Source: Archangiaceae bacterium (lineage in GTDB: Bacteria > Myxococcota > Myxococcia > Myxococcales > Myxococcaceae). Taken from it: a stretch of 10,857 nt of DNA. The DNA lies in contig JAYVCD010000262.1 of assembly GCA_043750125.1 (NCBI GenBank), forward strand, positions 1 to 10,857. Direction: 5' to 3'. Position numbers and translations under genes: made by a program. The notes below the pieces were generated by a model. That model saw only the letters and a list, made by a program, of their open reading frames with translations. It searched no databases and was not told the DNA's origin. Positions 7,240 to 10,857 of the stretch are shown here, one piece after another; the first letter of the stretch is position 1, and every line of letters begins with the position of its first letter.

Positions 7240-8973
7240 TCAGCCCTTCACGCCCGAGAGCGTGCCCGAGGCGCTGTCTTCTTCGATCACTTCGAAAACA
7301 GCGGTGCGGATTTTACTGCCGGACAGCGGCCGTTCGCCCAGCGGAGTCACGTCGAACCGCGCCCCGATGGACGCCAGCGTCTTGCCCGTAATCAGCACCT
7401 GCCCGGGCTCGGCGGTGGCGCAGACCCACGAGGCGATGTTCACCGGCTCACCGATCGCTGTGTAGTCCAGCCGCGCTTCGCTGCCGACCGTGCCCGCGAG
7501 CACCTTGCCGGTGTTGAGACCAATCTTCAGTTGGCAGCGCTCGCGCGGAGGCCGCCTGGCCATCGCTTTTTCCCATTCAAGCTTCAGCGCCACCGCGCAG
7601 CGCACCGCCCGAAGCGCGTCGTCTCCCTTGCTGTACGGAGCGCCGAACAACGCCATCACCCCGTCGCCGAGGAACTTGTCGACCGTTCCTTCGAAGCTGA
7701 AAATCGTGGTGGTCGCCCGCTGGTAGAACTCGTTGAGCAACTCGACCACCCGGTCGGGCGTCACCTTCTGGGCCAGGTTCGAGAACCCGGCGATGTCGGC
7801 GAACAGCACCGTCACCAGCTGCTCTTCGAGGACCGTCATCTTCGCGCCCTTCCGCTTGAGCTCGGTCACCCGTCGCTCGACGATGTCCGGGCCGTGGAAG
7901 CGTTCGAGCGCCTTGCGCAGGTGGAGATCCGTGGTCGGCAACCGCTCTTCGAACTTCTGCACCCCGGTGTAGATGAGCTGCGCCACCGCGGTCGCCACGT
8001 CGAGCAGGTCTTCGAGCGGCTCCGGGCTGATTCCGTGGCGGTTCAAATACAAGACCCCGGCCCAGGGCGCGCCGTTGCCAATCGGAATGCAGAGCACCTG
8101 GTCCACATTGTAGAGGACGACCGATTCCCGTTCGGCGAAGCGCGAATCGTCGCGGACGTCGTTGACGGCGATCGCCGCTCCCTTCGCCAGCGCGGCGTCG
8201 ACCACCGCATCGGACACCGGCACTTCGCCTTTCTCGAGCTTCCCCCCGTGCCGGACTGCGGCAGGGACCACCAACCCCGAGCTGTGGCGCAGCAGCACGA
8301 CTCCGGTGGTGGCGCCGACCCGTTCCATCACCCGGTCGGTCACGTCCTCGAGGAACTCCTGCAGCGAGCTGGCGGTGGCGAGCTTCTCGGCGACCTTGAA
8401 CAGCATCACCAACGAATGCCAGGCAATCGGAGTCTGCTTCGCCGCCTCGAGGTCGACTTCGCCCGTCTTCGGCTGATCGTCTTCGACCAGGTCTGCGTCG
8501 GTGGCGAACGGCATCGTCCCCGGGTTGAACGGCTTGATGTTGTCGAGGACCCGGAGCACCACGCTGTCGCGCACGTCGCGGGCGAGGATCACCGCCGAGC
8601 CGATGTCGATGCCGCGGCCGAAGCGCTTCACCGCTCCGTTCGCGCCCAGGTCCACCATCTCGGTCGCGGCGGTCTCGACCGTCGAGGGCTGCTTGATGAC
8701 CAGCGCGTTTTCGCCGACTTCGAGAACGTCTCCGGCCACCAGGGGCGAGGTGCCGACCAGCGCGGTGCCGTTGACCCTGCTTCCGTTGCGACTTCCGAGA
8801 TCTTCCGCCTGCAGGGCGTCGCCGTTGACGGTGATGCGGGCGTGCTTTCGTGAGACCAGGTCTCCCGAGAGAACGATGTCGTTCTCGTCGGCGCGGCCCA
8901 TGTGGGTCACGCCCTCGGGAAGCTCGTACGCGGTGTCGAAGTACCCCGGACCATTGATGATGAGCTGCCACAT
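7240..8973 (-). CDS. FHA-GAF-class III adenylate/guanylate cyclase domain protein
   Basis: FHA motifs: MGRADEND...VSRKHA...DLGSRNGSRVNG. GAF-like motifs: DVRDDSRF...VLCIPI...GVLYL. Cyclase motifs: VLFADIAGFS, DKFLGDGVMALFGAP, IGLNTG, DYTAIGEPVNIASW. Confidence 0.93.
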   Translation of the reverse strand: MWQLIINGPGYFDTAYELPEGVTHMGRADENDIVLSGDLVSRKHARITVNGDALQAEDLGSRNGSRVNGTALVGTSPLVAGDVLEVGENALVIKQPSTVETAATEMVDLGANGAVKRFGRGIDIGSAVILARDVRDSVVLRVLDNIKPFNPGTMPFATDADLVEDDQPKTGEVDLEAAKQTPIAWHSLVMLFKVAEKLATASSLQEFLEDVTDRVMERVGATTGVVLLRHSSGLVVPAAVRHGGKLEKGEVPVSDAVVDAALAKGAAIAVNDVRDDSRFAERESVVLYNVDQVLCIPIGNGAPWAGVLYLNRHGISPEPLEDLLDVATAVAQLIYTGVQKFEERLPTTDLHLRKALERFHGPDIVERRVTELKRKGAKMTVLEEQLVTVLFADIAGFSNLAQKVTPDRVVELLNEFYQRATTTIFSFEGTVDKFLGDGVMALFGAPYSKGDDALRAVRCAVALKLEWEKAMARRPPRERCQLKIGLNTGKVLAGTVGSEARLDYTAIGEPVNIASWVCATAEPGQVLITGKTLASIGARFDVTPLGERPLSGSKIRTAVFEVIEEDSASGTLSGVKG

Positions 8974-9040
8974 GGGATTCCCCAGTATGGCAAAGCCTGA
9001 ATGAGGTGGGGCAACCGCCGCGTGTTAAATGCGCGGGCAC

Positions 9041-9922
9041 ATGCCCGTTCGCCTCGTCGTCACCGACATGGACAACACGCTCTACTCGTGGGTCGACTAC
9101 ATCGTCCCCGCGATGGAAGCGCTGGTCGCCGCGGTCTGCCAGGCCACCGGCTTCCCCCGAATCAAGGTCGTCCAGTCCTTGAAGACCGTCTATTCGAAGT
9201 ACGAGAGCAACGAGTACCCGTTCGCGCTTCAAGAGAGCACCCTCTACGAGGAGTTCCCCGAGTTCGGCTCGTTCGACAAGCTGATCATCGAGCCGGCCCG
9301 CATGGCGTTTGCCGAGGCGCGGAAGAAATACATGAAGCCGTATAAGGGCGTGCTCTCGACGCTCGAGGCGCTCAAAGAGCGGAAGATTCCGGTCGTCGCG
9401 CTCACCGATGCACCGCGCAATCCGGCCGAGCAGCGCGCCAAGCGCATGGGCTTCGACCTGCTGTTGGGCAGCATCTACACCTTGCCGGGCTTCCAGCTGC
9501 CCGCGTCCCCCGAAGGGCACACCCTGGTCGCGCCGGACATCTTGCAGAAAGAAGAGCGAGGCCACTACCGCGCGGCGTGCCCGGTAATCGAGCTGCCGCG
9601 GGACTACGAGAAGCCCAACCCCAAAGGGCTGCTGCAGATTTGCCGGACCTGGTCGGTGAATCCGGCCGAGGTGTTGGTGATTGGGGATTCGCTGATCAAA
9701 GACATCGGAGTCGCGCGGGAAGTCGGCGCGGTCGATTGCTGGGCGGAATACGGGACCTACGTCAGCCTGGAATACCGGGAACGGCTGGACATCATCTCGG
9801 CGGCGTCGGTCACCCGTCGGCACGCGGCCAGCGTCTACGAGTCGGGGCAATTGCCGCAGAAGGCGACCCACGTGATGTCGAACTTCTCGCAGATTCTCGA
9901 TGTGATCGACGGCACCCGCTGA
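9041..9922 (+). CDS. HAD-superfamily hydrolase (phosphatase/nucleotidase-like)
   Basis: Motif I TDMDNT, motif II ALTD, motif III EKPNP and motif IV IGDSLIKD. ATG 9041 is preferred over 9029 because it places motif I at the usual N-terminal position and 9029 overlaps a -10-like element. Confidence 0.9.
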   Translation: MPVRLVVTDMDNTLYSWVDYIVPAMEALVAAVCQATGFPRIKVVQSLKTVYSKYESNEYPFALQESTLYEEFPEFGSFDKLIIEPARMAFAEARKKYMKPYKGVLSTLEALKERKIPVVALTDAPRNPAEQRAKRMGFDLLLGSIYTLPGFQLPASPEGHTLVAPDILQKEERGHYRAACPVIELPRDYEKPNPKGLLQICRTWSVNPAEVLVIGDSLIKDIGVAREVGAVDCWAEYGTYVSLEYRERLDIISAASVTRRHAASVYESGQLPQKATHVMSNFSQILDVIDGTR

Positions 9923-9926
9923 AGGC

Positions 9927-10067
9927 TCACAGCCTCCAGGTGTAGTTGACCTTCAGCACCAGCCGGGGGTTGAGCGCCAGCCAGGCCTCGGCGATCGCCC
10001 CGGCGCTCGGCCCTCAAGATGGCGTACGGCCGCAGCTGCACCGAGAGCAGCGACGGGGTGGGCAGCC
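9927..10067 (-). pseudogene. 3' remnant of a gene with a beta-barrel-like C-terminus; 5'-truncated and frameshifted
   Basis: The minus strand reads LPTPSLLSVQLRPYAIL, shifts frame by one base near 10014, then reads GPSAGAIAEAWLALNPRLVLKVNYTWRL-TGA(9929-9927). Codons are almost all G/C-ending and the pattern alternates hydrophobic residues. Confidence 0.5.
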
Positions 10068-10457
10068 CTGGCTCCGGTTCGTGCGGTGCGGGGCAACAAT
10101 GACCTGGGAGCCTGGGCCGAGCCGTTGCCCGCCGCGCGAGTCGAACGCTTTCTCGGGGTACCGGTGCTGGTGATCCACATTCTGGGGAAGGTCGACGAGC
10201 CCACGCTGGCCGCCCGGTTCCTGCTCGAAGCCGAGCGACCCCGGGTGGTGATTTACGGGCACAGCCACCAGCCGTTGCTGGAGGTGCAAGACGGGATCCT
10301 CTACTTCAACCCCGGCAGCGCAGGCCCCGGGCGCTTCAAGCTCAAGCCGGCTGCGGGACGGCTGACGATTGAGAAGGGCAAGGTGCAAGGCGAGCTGTTT
10401 GCGCTCGAAGGGGGACAGGCGAGGAAGGTGGGGGAACAGTCGATGGAACTGAGCTAA
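10062..10457 (+). pseudogene. 5'-truncated YfcE/MJ0936/Vps29-like metallophosphoesterase
   Basis: Family-like sequence begins at about AALAPVRAVRGNND and includes IYGHSH and FNPGSAGP. The N-terminal metal-binding motifs (SDTH and HAGD) are absent from the in-frame upstream sequence back to the HAD gene. Confidence 0.8.
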
Positions 10458-10468
10458 TTGAGGCCCCC

Positions 10469-10678
10469 ATGATCAGAGTCGTTTCCCTCGCCATTCTCGC
10501 CGCCGGCATCGTTCTTCTCGTCCTCGGGATCAACGCCTCGAACTCGTTTCATTCCGATGTCTCGCGCTTCTTCACCGGCTCTCCCAGCGATCGCGCGGTC
10601 TGGATGATGACTGGGGGCGTGTTGATGACCGTCGGTGGAATTGCGGGCTTCGCGCTCAACACCAAAAAAGGGCGCTAG
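10469..10678 (+). CDS. Small two-TM membrane protein, DUF3185-like
   Basis: 69 aa with two hydrophobic segments flanking SDVSRFFTGSPSDRAVW, a motif I recognise from DUF3185 proteins. A GAGG RBS lies at 10460-10463. Confidence 0.8.
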   Translation: MIRVVSLAILAAGIVLLVLGINASNSFHSDVSRFFTGSPSDRAVWMMTGGVLMTVGGIAGFALNTKKGR

Positions 10679-10745
10679 CTCCTCCGACCCCATCCACTCG
10701 ACGCGGCCCTCACTTCGCCCCCGGTCACCCGCGCTGGATCTCCGC

Positions 10746-10857
10746 CTACCCGACTGAGCGAAGCGCCGATTCAGTTCGGGGCAGCTTGACCAGCGAGAGC
10801 GTGTGGACGAACGAGTGAAGGGTGTCCCATTGCACGCCGCGGAAGGTGATGCCCGAC
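10746..10857 (-). CDS. 3' end of a gene entering from the right edge; function unknown (possibly a PilZ-like C-terminus)
   Basis: ...SGITFRGVQWDTLHSFVHTLSLVKLPRTESALRSVG-TAG(10748-10746), with mostly G/C-ending codons. The PilZ idea rests only on GxxF followed by a helix. Confidence 0.55.
   Translation of the reverse strand, partial: SGITFRGVQWDTLHSFVHTLSLVKLPRTESALRSVG

Noticed and set aside
530-9871. Long antisense or off-frame ORFs (530..1852 -, 3256..4419 +, 4423..5430 -, 6027..7109 +, 7057..8853 +, 7577..9871 -)
   Set aside because: They are Arg/Gly/Pro-rich shadows of motif-bearing genes, as expected from stop-codon scarcity in high-GC DNA.
10086-10457. Intact 123-aa phosphoesterase starting at GTG 10086
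   Set aside because: That GTG is the Val of the internal VRGNND motif. Family-like sequence extends upstream of it and the essential N-terminal metal ligands are missing.

Overview
A GC-rich bacterial window, probably from a myxobacterium (inferred from the Hanks kinase with HRDVSPQN/GKxxY motifs, the FHA-GAF-cyclase and hprK). From left to right it holds the 5' part of hprK (minus strand, missed by the ORF track), a PIG-B/Alg9-like (GT22) membrane glycosyltransferase, a HIT protein, and an unannotated 58-aa ORF directly behind a sigma54-type promoter. Next comes a five-gene minus-strand run: an FHA-GAF-class III cyclase with its catalytic Arg replaced by Trp, a membrane Ser/Thr kinase, a 198-aa membrane protein that looks like a kinase-less paralogue of that kinase's TM/extracytoplasmic part, an orphan FepC/BtuD-type ABC ATPase, and a TonB-family protein. 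A divergent HAD hydrolase follows, then an apparent deletion scar joining two 5'-truncated divergent genes (a beta-barrel-like C-terminus and a YfcE-like metallophosphoesterase), a DUF3185-like small membrane protein and the 3' end of another gene. I saw no RNA genes, CRISPR arrays or mobile elements. All family calls come from motif recognition by eye, not from database searches.
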